A stretch of 64,000 bases of DNA from Dehalococcoidia bacterium (GTDB lineage: Bacteria > Chloroflexota > Dehalococcoidia > Lucifugimonadales > UBA3495): contig DAOULH010000042.1 in assembly GCA_034420475.1 (NCBI GenBank), positions 9,187-73,186 of the forward strand, read 5' to 3'. The notes beneath the pieces are model-generated. The model had not been told where the DNA came from and made no database searches. It saw nothing but the letters and a program-made list of their open reading frames with translations. Below, piece after piece: positions 35,783 through 48,640 of this stretch. How positions within the stretch are numbered: the first letter of the stretch is position 1; the number at the start of each line of letters is the position of its first letter. Both the position numbers and the translations under genes were made by a program.

Positions 35783-36210
35783 CTAGCGCTCCACGAAGAT
35801 GAGGTCGTCCTCCTTGCCGACCCAACGGTCGCGGGATTCCTCGAAAGCCCGGAGCTTATCCGTCTGCAAGTCGGTGCGTTTTTCGTTTTCGTCCAGGTAG
35901 GGATTGGGGAAGTAGCAGCGCACCAGGGTCTCGTCCCATTGGTGGGAGAACCGGACGTAGTAGGACTTGAGGTCGCCGTGGCTGGTGGCCTCCACGAACT
36001 GGATGCCGTCGATCTTCTCCAGCTGAAGGTGGAAGTGCCAGTTGTCGGCCTCAATGGTGGCCCAGCCGTTGTGGACCTCCGGCGTCTTGATGCCGTGGGC
36101 GTGGTTTTCGCTGACCACGGAACCGCCGCCCACGACCCACATCATCTTGGGGTCGCTGGTCAATTCGTTGAGCAATTCGAGCGTATTTTCCATCGGCCGC
36201 GTCCTCCTGC

Positions 36211-36214
<4 letters not shown>
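35783..36214 (-). CDS. Conserved-looking hypothetical protein (143 aa) inside the cobalt chelatase operon
   Basis: The ATG overlaps the cobN stop (ATGA). No motif recognised with certainty. Confidence 0.55.
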
Positions 36215-40125
<3,911 letters not shown>

Positions 40126-40128
40126 GGA

Positions 40129-40800
40129 TCAGTCTGGATCCTCCGCCGGACGGGGGAACACCATGATGGAGAGATCGCTGAATTCCTCGGTGATCCGGGC
40201 GAGTTGGGCCAGCGTCCCGTCCCAACGCTGCTCGTCGGGCAGGGTGAGACGCTGGAACACGGTGACAGGGTGATTGGGGTCGGCGCCGTCGGTGATTGCG
40301 TTGGCGGCGATGGCCGGCGGCATGAAGTCGAAGGGACGAGGGAGCAGGATCACGTTGCGCCGGCCCTGGTTCAGCGTCTCGACCAGTTCGCCCAGTTCGG
40401 AGCCCCGGTCCCAGCGCTGGTGCAGGGTCAGGAACAGCGACTCTTCCAGAGAAATGCCGGCGCGGGCGCAGGCGAACTGGATGCTGCTGACGCCGGGCAC
40501 CAGCTCGACAACCTCGGCGCGGCGGCGGACCCGGTTCAAGAGCTCTTTGGCAGAGACGTTCAGGTCTCCCCAGACGCAGACCACGCACTGCTTGCCTTGC
40601 TGGGCCTGCTCCTGGGCGTAATCGAGCACGGCCTCCTGGTCGCGGTAGGCCATGGGGCGCACCTCGGCGTCGCCCGTGGAGCCGGCCACAACGTCGAGGA
40701 CGGTTTTGAAGCCCACCACAAGGTCGGCGTGGGCGATAGCCTCACGGCCTTTGAGGGTGAGCATGTCAGGATCGCCGGGGCCTACGCCCACGACGGTCAT
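40129..40800 (-). CDS. Tetrapyrrole (precorrin) methyltransferase, CbiE/CobL-N-like
   Basis: MTVVGVGPGDPDMLTLKGREAI...DLVVG. The start is taken at 40800 (an alternative ATG is at 40827). The track ORF extension to 41133 covers the riboswitch. Confidence 0.75.
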   Translation of the reverse strand: MTVVGVGPGDPDMLTLKGREAIAHADLVVGFKTVLDVVAGSTGDAEVRPMAYRDQEAVLDYAQEQAQQGKQCVVCVWGDLNVSAKELLNRVRRRAEVVELVPGVSSIQFACARAGISLEESLFLTLHQRWDRGSELGELVETLNQGRRNVILLPRPFDFMPPAIAANAITDGADPNHPVTVFQRLTLPDEQRWDGTLAQLARITEEFSDLSIMVFPRPAEDPD

Positions 40801-40840
40801 TTTGATTCCCGAGTTTGAGGATGTCATTGCATTTTCGGCA

Positions 40841-40875
40841 AGAAAAAACCCTGGGAAGCAGCTCCGCCAGGGTTC
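40841..40875 (-). terminator. Riboswitch expression-platform terminator
   Basis: On the minus strand: AACCCTGG-CGGAGCTGCTT-CCCAGGGTT followed by TTTTTCTT, just upstream of the first operon gene. Confidence 0.75.
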
Positions 40876-40974
40876 AGAGTTGTCGCTGATGCAAGTTCGC
40901 ACGGGCCAGATATTAGCCGTCTCACTTACAGCGCGAACCAGAACGACCCTGTTGAGCGCAGAGCAGAGTTCCGA

Positions 40975-41150
40975 GGCAACACCGGGCAGGTCTCCTGGCT
41001 CGCGGCTCTCAACCGAACCGACGCCTTCCCACAATCCGCGTTGGGCGGATGGCAGTGGCCAATCGTCGGCCGGTTCCCCGCTTACAGTGGCGCAACCGCG
41101 GCGGATTCGCACCGCCTTCCCAATTAAGCCCATGGGTTTGAATAGCGCCC
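40975..41150 (-). promoter_or_regulatory. Cobalamin (B12) riboswitch
   Basis: The minus strand reads ...GGGAAGGCGGTGCGAATCCGCCGCGGTTGCGCCACTGTAAGCGGGG...GGCCACTGCC...GGGAAGGCG...GAGCCAGGAGACCTGCCCGG. The GGTGxxAAxCC, GCCACTG and AGCCAGGAGACCTGCC (B12 box) consensus blocks appear in the correct order. Confidence 0.9.
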
Positions 41151-41289
41151 GGTGTCCGGTTTTCGAATGTTAATGCGCGGACGAGCCGCGCAGCCAATGT
41201 AGCCGGGATGCCTGGGCTTGTCAACGGTCGGATCAAGGGGCATGTTACCCTGTCAATGGAATCAACCGCATACCAAGGACGTAATACGA

Positions 41290-43092
41290 ATGCTGATAAA
41301 GATAGTCGGCGCCATTGCTGCCGTAGTGATCATCGCCGTCATAGTCGTTGGGCTGGCCATGTGGCGCGGACTGATACCCATTCCCGGCCCATTGCTGGCG
41401 TTGCTGGCTGGCGAGAAAGAACCGGAATACTCGGCTCGCTACTACCCCTCGGACACGCTGGCTTACACTTGGGTCACCTTGACGCCCGGCGGGGGCCAGT
41501 TCGAGGAAATGCGAGACATTTGGGAGCGGCTCAATGAATACCCCGCTTTTACCGATCTCATCGACGAATTGCGTGAAGAGTTTGAAGACGATACCGGGAT
41601 CAACTTTGAGATGGAGGTAATGCCGTGGATTGGCCCGGAGATTTCGGCAGCCCTGACTGATTTTGACGCTGAGCAAGAAACTCCAACCGCGGTTGCCGCC
41701 ATTGGCGTCCGCGACCAGGATGCCGCCGCCGCTTTCCTCACCAAATGGCGAGACTACATGGCTGAAGAATCCGGCGCCGATTTCGAGGCCGGTTCCCATC
41801 GCGGCGTTGACACCTGGGTTGACGAAGACGCCTCTCAGGCTTACGCGCTGACCGATAACTTGCTGGTGTACGCTACCGACGAAATAACCCTGAAGAACAC
41901 TTTGGACCGCATAGAAGACGGCGGCGATTCCCTGGCCAACGAAGCCAATTTCATAGCGGCCCGGGCGGCGTTGCCGGAACGCCGTTTCTCTTCGTTTTAC
42001 CTGGACTACCAACAGGGTATTGAGCTGTTGGATGAATTCTTGAGTGGCGAATCCGGCGCGCTGATGCCGGGCATGTTCGGCCCGGCGGCCTTCGCCGAAC
42101 AAGCGCCGGATTGGGTGGCCGGCTCCGCCGGGTGGGTGGAGCGCGGGGTGACGATGCAGGTGGTATCGCCCACCGTGCCCACTCTCGGGCTGGAAACCGT
42201 GGCGCTGCAAGACCCGGCCAATCTGCTGCCCGCCGATACCCTGGGCTTCATGGCCGGCGCCTTCGACCCCAACGTTGACCACTGGCGGACGGCGCTGGGG
42301 GAGTATGATCTGGCCGAACTGCTCCCCTATCCCGAATTGATTGACGAAATCAACGACGGCGTGGACGAAATCGCCAGCGGCAACGCGCCGGAACTGAATA
42401 CCGACGCCACGCTGGCGGACGCGCTGGACCTGGGGTTTTGGCTGGTCAAAGACCTCACCGACATCGACCTGGAAGCGGATTTCTTCGACCACCTGTCCGG
42501 CCAGGCCATTCTGGCAGTGCGCGACTTTGATTTCGACGCCGTGACGGATGACCCGGCTGCCAATGCCATTGACGCGGTGGCGATGCTCTCTTATCGGGAA
42601 GACGGGAAAGCAGGGTTGGACGACACAATGGGCAAAGTTGCCAACCTGGTGCGAAACGTCGGCCTGGAGACCAGATCAGTTGACGTCGGAGCGGATGATG
42701 ACGCCACGCTTTTTGACCTGGGCCTGCTGGGAATGATGATGGGCGGCCAAATCGGTTACCGGCCGGGCTACGTACTCCACGACCAGTACCTCACCATTGG
42801 GACTACTGAAAGCGCGCTGTCCGCCATCGTGGCGCGGCAGAACGGCGCGGGAGACGGTCTGACGTCCGATGCCGAATACCGGCGGGCAACCGCCCACCTG
42901 GCGACGGACGGGCAGTTCCTGGGCTATGTTGACGTGCGGCGCATTTTCGCGCGGCTGGACGCGGACGATCTGGAATTGGAACCGGAAGAATACCGGATAT
43001 TGCGGGAGGGAATTGGCGTGGCGGCGTTCAGTTCGACCACCGGGGAAGATTACAGCAGGGGCGAGGCGGTCCTGACCTTGTTCCCGGAATAG
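41290..43092 (+). CDS. Large N-terminally membrane-anchored hypothetical protein (DUF3352-like, uncertain)
   Basis: MLIKIVGAIAAVVIIAVIVVGLAMW is a signal anchor, followed by about 570 aa of acidic extracytoplasmic region. Confidence 0.6.
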   Translation: MLIKIVGAIAAVVIIAVIVVGLAMWRGLIPIPGPLLALLAGEKEPEYSARYYPSDTLAYTWVTLTPGGGQFEEMRDIWERLNEYPAFTDLIDELREEFEDDTGINFEMEVMPWIGPEISAALTDFDAEQETPTAVAAIGVRDQDAAAAFLTKWRDYMAEESGADFEAGSHRGVDTWVDEDASQAYALTDNLLVYATDEITLKNTLDRIEDGGDSLANEANFIAARAALPERRFSSFYLDYQQGIELLDEFLSGESGALMPGMFGPAAFAEQAPDWVAGSAGWVERGVTMQVVSPTVPTLGLETVALQDPANLLPADTLGFMAGAFDPNVDHWRTALGEYDLAELLPYPELIDEINDGVDEIASGNAPELNTDATLADALDLGFWLVKDLTDIDLEADFFDHLSGQAILAVRDFDFDAVTDDPAANAIDAVAMLSYREDGKAGLDDTMGKVANLVRNVGLETRSVDVGADDDATLFDLGLLGMMMGGQIGYRPGYVLHDQYLTIGTTESALSAIVARQNGAGDGLTSDAEYRRATAHLATDGQFLGYVDVRRIFARLDADDLELEPEEYRILREGIGVAAFSSTTGEDYSRGEAVLTLFPE

Positions 43093-43104
43093 CGATCCGC
43101 CCGA

Positions 43105-43113
43105 TGCTATAAT
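43105..43113 (+). promoter_or_regulatory. Candidate extended -10 promoter element (TGCTATAAT)
   Basis: TGnTATAAT lies 40 nt upstream of the ATG at 43153. AAGGAG SD at 43143-43148. Confidence 0.4.
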
Positions 43114-43152
43114 CACGACACTGGACGGCATATAGCCAAAGTAAGGAGCATT

Positions 43153-43518
43153 ATGGGCGTGACTTACGCCAGGGGCAGCATCACCGGCCAGAATGGAGCG
43201 CGCGAGTTCGATTTCCTGGTGGATACCGGCGCGACCTGGGTGGGCATCCCGCAGGCCGACATCGACGCTCTAGGATTGGATACCGTGCCCAACGCCAGCG
43301 CCGCCATGATGATGGCCGATGGCACCATCAAACCCACTCCCATTTACATTGCGGTTGGGATGCTGGAAGGGACAGGCTTTGTCAACGGCGCGGTGCCGGC
43401 GGCAGTCCCGCTAGTCGGCTACAAGCTGCTGCAGGATTTGGGGTTCAAGGTGGACCTGGTGAACGAGCGCATCGAGCCACGGCCTGAAGGGGAGATCGGA
43501 CCGCCGTTCCTGCTGTAA
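43153..43518 (+). CDS. Retropepsin-like (clan AA) aspartic protease, short stand-alone type (121 aa)
   Basis: FLVDTGATWV active-site motif and VGYKLLQDLG near the C-terminus. Confidence 0.75.
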   Translation: MGVTYARGSITGQNGAREFDFLVDTGATWVGIPQADIDALGLDTVPNASAAMMMADGTIKPTPIYIAVGMLEGTGFVNGAVPAAVPLVGYKLLQDLGFKVDLVNERIEPRPEGEIGPPFLL

Positions 43519-43528
43519 CCGAACCGGG
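43492..43528. repeat. 37-bp direct repeat, copy 1 (3-prime end of the protease gene)
   Basis: GAGATCGGACCGCCGTTCCTGCTGTAACCGAACCGGG. Confidence 0.85.
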
Positions 43529-43652
43529 TCGCCCGGTTCGATGAAAACTTCCTGTCCGGGTAGCGAGCGACGTTTCCGAGGTTTCGCGATTTTCAAGCCC
43601 CGCTGGTGCTAACGATCACCGACTCGAATCGAACGGAGTGTGTCAGGGCGCG

Positions 43653-44492
43653 TCAGTTGGGCGCACGGGAGCCGTCGGTTCCACTGAGGTCATGCTGGAC
43701 GACCGACAGCGATATGGCGAGGCTGTCCGTGATGTCCGGCCTGGTGGCCTCGGCGGCGCCGCGCTCGGCTGCCTTCTCCAGCGAGGATAGTTTTTCATCG
43801 GAGGGCGGAGTCGCCATCTGGACGGTCACGACAATTGCAATGGCGTCGCTATCGTAAAAGGTCACGCTGTCCTGTACACCGTCCTCTGCCATTACCGCGA
43901 AATGCGCTCCGACTACCGCTTCCTCCGCCTCCCGCTTGGTGAACCCTGGGTCTTTACCGGTTTGCAGGCTGACCGTAACGTGAGGGTTTTCGGACTGGAA
44001 TTTGTCGATAGCATTCCGGGCGTTGCCGGAGATGGAACCTGAAAAATTGATCCAAGCCGACAATCTGTCGGGTTTGCCGGACCCAGCATCAACGACGCTG
44101 TCGGGGTCCTCGTCCTCGATGGCCGTTACCATCTTCGAGAAGTCGTCGCGCCAGGCATAACGCGTGATGGACTCATCGAGAGTGATGCCATCCTGGTACG
44201 CGATGGTTTGCAGGTCTCTCAATTCGGCGGGGCTGTTGATGCTGGGGTGTTGGCGGATCAGCGCAGCCGCTTCGTGGGGGGTCAACGTAGCGATGTTGTG
44301 GTGTTGCACCACCGTCTCGCCGTCGCCGTGCATCGCCATCGCCACGACCCCGAACATGACCCCGACCGCGATCATTACCAGGATGCCGCCGTAGGCGAGC
44401 CACATATACCAGCGGGTCCAACGATTTTTGGGTGAGCCGCGTCGTTCATTCTCGTTCATCATCGGGAAGCCTCCTACGGAGCCGCGGCCCAT
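43653..44492 (-). CDS. Hypothetical membrane-anchored protein (279 aa)
   Basis: ORF with one TM segment (WLAYGGILVMIAVGVMFGVVAMA). No family recognised. Confidence 0.5.
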   Translation of the reverse strand: MGRGSVGGFPMMNENERRGSPKNRWTRWYMWLAYGGILVMIAVGVMFGVVAMAMHGDGETVVQHHNIATLTPHEAAALIRQHPSINSPAELRDLQTIAYQDGITLDESITRYAWRDDFSKMVTAIEDEDPDSVVDAGSGKPDRLSAWINFSGSISGNARNAIDKFQSENPHVTVSLQTGKDPGFTKREAEEAVVGAHFAVMAEDGVQDSVTFYDSDAIAIVVTVQMATPPSDEKLSSLEKAAERGAAEATRPDITDSLAISLSVVQHDLSGTDGSRAPN

Positions 44493-44508
44493 ATAAAGAC
44501 CCGACGGC

Positions 44509-44545
44509 GAGATCGGGCCGCCGTTCCTGATGTAACCGAACCGGG
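44509..44545. repeat. 37-bp direct repeat, copy 2
   Basis: GAGATCGGGCCGCCGTTCCTGATGTAACCGAACCGGG, with 2 mismatches to copy 1. Confidence 0.85.
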
Positions 44546-44617
44546 CGACAATGGAAGAATGCGCAGAGGGGCGACCCGTGGCCGCCCCTCCGCTGTTGGT
44601 GATCCCAGGCTCAGGGT

Positions 44618-44887
44618 TCAGCCGCCGCCGATGGCGGGGAGGAAGTGCATCTCGGTGTCCTCGCTGACCCGCTCCATCAGGCCAAGCTGGCTGACGTCGC
44701 CGTCAACGATTACGGCCAGACCCGGCGTTATGTCATCCAGCTCTTCATCGTAGAGGAGTTCCTTGATGCCGGGATGAAGCTGCTCCAGGTTGTTGATCAC
44801 CTGGCGCACCGTCGCGCCGGCGACCTGGACACGGTCCGGAGCGCCGGTGATGCGCTGCATCGGCGCGGGTATCCATACGTCAGGCAT
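44618..44887 (-). CDS. MoaD/ThiS-family ubiquitin-like sulfur carrier
   Basis: 89 aa ending in ...HFLPAIGGG* (C-terminal Gly-Gly). Confidence 0.7.
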   Translation of the reverse strand: MPDVWIPAPMQRITGAPDRVQVAGATVRQVINNLEQLHPGIKELLYDEELDDITPGLAVIVDGDVSQLGLMERVSEDTEMHFLPAIGGG

Positions 44888-44930
44888 TCCGACCTCCTCT
44901 CTATTGGTGGCGGTGGCGCGAGGGATAGCA

Positions 44931-44958
44931 GCAGGGGCGAATAATTATTCGCCCCTGC
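44931..44958 (-). terminator. Perfect palindromic hairpin downstream of the XDH-family gene
   Basis: GCAGGGGCGAATAATTATTCGCCCCTGC. No clear U-tract. Confidence 0.4.
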
Positions 44959-44974
44959 ACAGTCCGGAAACGTC

Positions 44975-47299
44975 TTACGAGCCGTTCTTCTCCCACAGGG
45001 CTTCGAGCACGTTGCCCGGGTTCATGGGAAGGACGGTCATGCGGACGCCGATAGCGTCGTAGATGGCGTTGGCGATGGCGGCCATGGGAGGCACGATGGG
45101 CACCTCGCCGACGCCGCGCACGCCGTAGGGATGGTTGGGATTAGTGATCTCCACTATGCAGGTGTCGATCATCGGCAGGTCGAGGCTGGTGGGCATACGG
45201 TAGTCCAGGAAGCTGGAGTTGACCATGTGCCCCTGGTCGTTGGTGTAGTACTCCTCGTTGAGAGCCCAGCCGATGCCCTGGACGGCTCCGCCCTGGATCT
45301 GGCCCTCCACGTAGGAGGGGTGGATCGCCTTGCCGGCGTCCTGGATGGCAGTGTAGCGGACGATTTCCACCTTGCCGGTGTCCTCGTCAACTTCCACGTC
45401 AACGATGTGGACGCCGATGCACGGGCCGGCTCCGCCGGGGTTGACGCCGCCGCGGCCGACAATGGGGCCGCCGGTGGGCACCTGGCGCGCGGCGAGTTGC
45501 TGGAATGTCATCTGCAACTGGTCGTCGGCGCGGTGCTTGAGGACGCCGTCCTCATAGAGCACGTCCTCGGGTTCCACTTCCCAGATGCGGGCGGCGCGAG
45601 CAATCATCTGCTGGCGGACGTCCTGGGCGGCGGTGTAGGCGGCGAAACCGGTCTTGAAGGTGACGCTGCTGCCGCCGGTGTTGGAGGTGAAACCGATGCT
45701 GTCGGTGTCTCCGATCTGAGGGTTCACGTCCTCCACGGCAATGCCGAGCACCTCGGCCAACTGCTGGGACACGGAGGCGCGGGTGCCGCCGATGTCAGGA
45801 GAGCCCTCGGTCAGGGTCACGGTTCCGTCAGGGTTGACCAGGGCAACCGCAGCGGACGGGCCGGTGTTGTTGCCCCAGAAACCGGAGGCGACGCCACGGC
45901 CGCGCTTCTTGCCGTCCTTGGGGGCGCTGTAGTGCGGGTGCGCCTTGGTGGCTTCGAGGGTCTCGACGTAGCCGACTGTGGGGGTCAGCGGGCCGGTGGG
46001 TCGGCGGGTCCCTTCTTTGGCGCTGTTCATGAGGCGCAGGTCGATGGGATCGACGCCCAGCTTCTCGGCCAGTTCGTCCAGGGCGACCTCGACGCAGTAG
46101 GCCGCGGCCGGGGAACCGGGGGCGCGGTAGGCCGCGGTCTTGGGCCGGTTGACCACGATGTCATAGCCTTCGATCCAGGTGTTGGCGATGTCGTAGGCGG
46201 CGAGCACGCAGTTGGCGGCGCCGGCGACGGGCGAACCGGGGAACGCGCCAGCCTCGAAGATCAGGTGGACCTCGGCGGCGGTGATCTTGCCGTCGTTGGT
46301 CGCGCCGATGCGGCAGGAGATCTCGGTGCCGGAGGTCGGCCCGGTGGCCTCGAAGACCTCGGTGCGGTTCATGGACACCTTGACGGGCGCGTGGGCCTTG
46401 CGGGCCAGCAGGGCGGCCAGGGGCTCCATGTACACGGCCAGCTTGGCGCCGAATCCGCCGCCGATTTCCATGGGCACGGCCTTGACCTTGGATACCGGGA
46501 TACCGACCAGGCGGGCGGTGTGGTCGCGGACCGTGAAGTGGCCCTGACTGCTGGAGTAGATGGTCAGGCTGCCGTCGTCGTGCCACATGGCGGTGCCGCT
46601 GTGGGGCTCGATGTAACCCTGGTGCACGGCGGAGGTGGACACGCTGCGCTCCACGACGATGTCGGCGTCGGCGAAGCCGGCGTCGAGGTCGCCCATGCGG
46701 AACTCGAAGTGGTTGGCGGTGTTGGTGCCGCGCGTGTCGTCGTCGTCATCCAGCACGCCGCCGGCGCGGGTGCCGGCTGTTTGGAACGCGGCGAGACGCT
46801 CGTGAACGAGGGTGGCGTCATCGGCCATGGCCTCGCGGGCGTGCATGACCGGAGGCAGCACCTCGTATTCGACGTCGATCAGGTCCAGGGCTTCCTCGGC
46901 GGCGTGAGCGCTGACGGCGGCGACGGCGGCAATGGCGTGGCCTTTGTAGAGGGCCTTGTCCTGGGCCATGATGTTGTTGCTCAGGAACTTGAAGTTGACC
47001 ATCGCGCCCTCGGCCAGGTCGGAGGCGCGGCCGGTGGGCTCGACGATGTCGGCGCCGGTGATGACGGCGCGAACACCGGGCGTAGCCTCTGCCCGGCTGG
47101 TGTCGATGGACTTGATGCGGGCGTGAGCATGGGGGCTGCGCAGGACCTTGCCGTAGAGCATACCGGGCAGGTTCAGGTCGGCGCTGTAACGGGCCATGCC
47201 GGTCACCTTGTCGGCGCCGTCGTGGCGGACCGGGCGGGTCCCGACTACCTTGTATTCCTTGTCGCTAGTCAGGACCATGTTGGGGGTGTAGTCCAGCAT
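44975..47299 (-). CDS. Xanthine dehydrogenase/aldehyde oxidase-family molybdopterin-binding large subunit
   Basis: 774 aa with GGGFG, QGHFT-type and GVGE..VPP motifs characteristic of the family. Confidence 0.85.
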   Translation of the reverse strand: MLDYTPNMVLTSDKEYKVVGTRPVRHDGADKVTGMARYSADLNLPGMLYGKVLRSPHAHARIKSIDTSRAEATPGVRAVITGADIVEPTGRASDLAEGAMVNFKFLSNNIMAQDKALYKGHAIAAVAAVSAHAAEEALDLIDVEYEVLPPVMHAREAMADDATLVHERLAAFQTAGTRAGGVLDDDDDTRGTNTANHFEFRMGDLDAGFADADIVVERSVSTSAVHQGYIEPHSGTAMWHDDGSLTIYSSSQGHFTVRDHTARLVGIPVSKVKAVPMEIGGGFGAKLAVYMEPLAALLARKAHAPVKVSMNRTEVFEATGPTSGTEISCRIGATNDGKITAAEVHLIFEAGAFPGSPVAGAANCVLAAYDIANTWIEGYDIVVNRPKTAAYRAPGSPAAAYCVEVALDELAEKLGVDPIDLRLMNSAKEGTRRPTGPLTPTVGYVETLEATKAHPHYSAPKDGKKRGRGVASGFWGNNTGPSAAVALVNPDGTVTLTEGSPDIGGTRASVSQQLAEVLGIAVEDVNPQIGDTDSIGFTSNTGGSSVTFKTGFAAYTAAQDVRQQMIARAARIWEVEPEDVLYEDGVLKHRADDQLQMTFQQLAARQVPTGGPIVGRGGVNPGGAGPCIGVHIVDVEVDEDTGKVEIVRYTAIQDAGKAIHPSYVEGQIQGGAVQGIGWALNEEYYTNDQGHMVNSSFLDYRMPTSLDLPMIDTCIVEITNPNHPYGVRGVGEVPIVPPMAAIANAIYDAIGVRMTVLPMNPGNVLEALWEKNGS

Positions 47300-47542
47300 T
47301 AGTTATTCCTCCGGCTGGTACGTCAAATGCGGGCTTAACACGGGTGGGCGATGCCCGGAAATCCCGTGCCGGCAGTATGATAGCATAGCGAACCAACCGA
47401 TGGGACGGGCTGATTTCCGTCCCATGTTAATGCGCAGCGAGCGGCGAGATTGCCGTGCTGCGCCCGCAATGAGAAGGATGCAAAGGCGCGTTATCGGCGG
47501 GATCGCTGCGCTCGCATGACAAACACGGAACAGGCGGGAAAC

Positions 47543-48430
47543 ATGGATACGATCATCATCAAAGGATGTCTGAACGGCAGTCGCGGCCGGGAGCAAAACC
47601 CGAATATTCCGTTGGCGCCGGAGGAAGTGGCACAGGAGGCTATTCGGTGCTACGAGGCGGGAGCGTCGATAGTCCATATCCACGCCCGGACGCCGGACGG
47701 CGGCATCAGCTACGACCCGGCGTGGTATGCCCAGACGGACGCGATGATCCGGGCGCAGTGCGACCTGGTGCTGAACCACACCACGGCGCGGCAGGCCCAC
47801 GTGCCGGTGGAGGCGGTGACGCGGTATCTGCTGGAAACGCCGCAGCCGGTGGAGATGGTATCGCTGAACCTGGGTTCCGGCACCCGCTGGGTACTTGATC
47901 CCGAGACGGGCGGAAGGCGCACCGTCACCAGCCCGAACTCCTTTGAGGACATCGTGGCCACGCTGGACGCCTGCTACCAGCGCGGCACCTTCCCCGAGCC
48001 GGCCGTCCACGACGTGGGCAACGTGAACGCCGCCATCACGCTGATGCGGGAGGGCTACATTCGGGATTCCCGGTACTTCCTGGTGGAGCCGGGCGCGCAC
48101 TGGGGCGACGGCCGCCTGAACATGGTGGGTTCGCCGCGCAACTACATGCTCATCGCCGACACTATCCGGGAACACTATCCGGAGGCCACCTGGCTGGCGC
48201 ACAGCAGCATGGGGCAGACCTTCCCGCTGTGCGCCATCGCCATCGCCACGGGAGCGCACATCCGCGTCGGCATGGAAGACAGCCCGTTCCTGCCCAACAA
48301 CCCGCAGCCCAGATCCAACGCCGAGTACATCGAATGGGCGGTCACCATGGCGCGGCTGCACGGCCGGGAGCCGGCGACGCCGCAGCAGGCCAGGGACATG
48401 CTGGGGTTGAATCCGTACCCCGAAGCGTAG
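47543..48430 (+). CDS. 3-keto-5-aminohexanoate cleavage enzyme family (BKACE/DUF849)
   Basis: MDTIIIKGCLNGSRG...ASIVHIHAR... The start is taken at 47543 (an alternative ATG is at 47516). Confidence 0.75.
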   Translation: MDTIIIKGCLNGSRGREQNPNIPLAPEEVAQEAIRCYEAGASIVHIHARTPDGGISYDPAWYAQTDAMIRAQCDLVLNHTTARQAHVPVEAVTRYLLETPQPVEMVSLNLGSGTRWVLDPETGGRRTVTSPNSFEDIVATLDACYQRGTFPEPAVHDVGNVNAAITLMREGYIRDSRYFLVEPGAHWGDGRLNMVGSPRNYMLIADTIREHYPEATWLAHSSMGQTFPLCAIAIATGAHIRVGMEDSPFLPNNPQPRSNAEYIEWAVTMARLHGREPATPQQARDMLGLNPYPEA

Positions 48431-48640
48431 CGACGATGGGAGGGAACAAGCCGACGCCAAGGGACCGGCTCAGCCTCTACGCCGTGCTGTACCGCTACGG
48501 CGGCGTGGAGCGCCGGCTGGACCTGGCCGGCTATCGGGAGCTGCAGGACGCATCAGCCGGGCAGTGACGGCTTTCGCAGCGGAGACGTTTCGCTTGACCG
48601 GGACGGGGGCGGGGGATTTGGCGGATGGGAGGTAGGAACT

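Noticed and set aside
40801-41133. N-terminal extension of the methyltransferase ORF (track ORF 40129-41133)
   Set aside because: The extension covers the cobalamin riboswitch and its terminator. The family-typical N-terminus MTVVGVGPGDP starts at 40800.
45131-47302. 723-aa + strand ORF opposite the XDH-family gene, and the 385-aa minus ORF at 47303-48460 opposite the BKACE gene
   Set aside because: Same shadow-ORF signature (G/A/V/D/R-rich, no domains). The opposite strand carries clear enzyme motifs.
48436-48567. 43-codon ORF (MGGNKPTPRDRLSLYAVLYRYGGVERRLDLAGYRELQDASAGQ) between the BKACE and MTase-HNH genes
   Set aside because: It has no SD and no recognisable motif, and it lies within the tail of a longer alternate-frame track ORF. 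Evidence is insufficient to call a gene.
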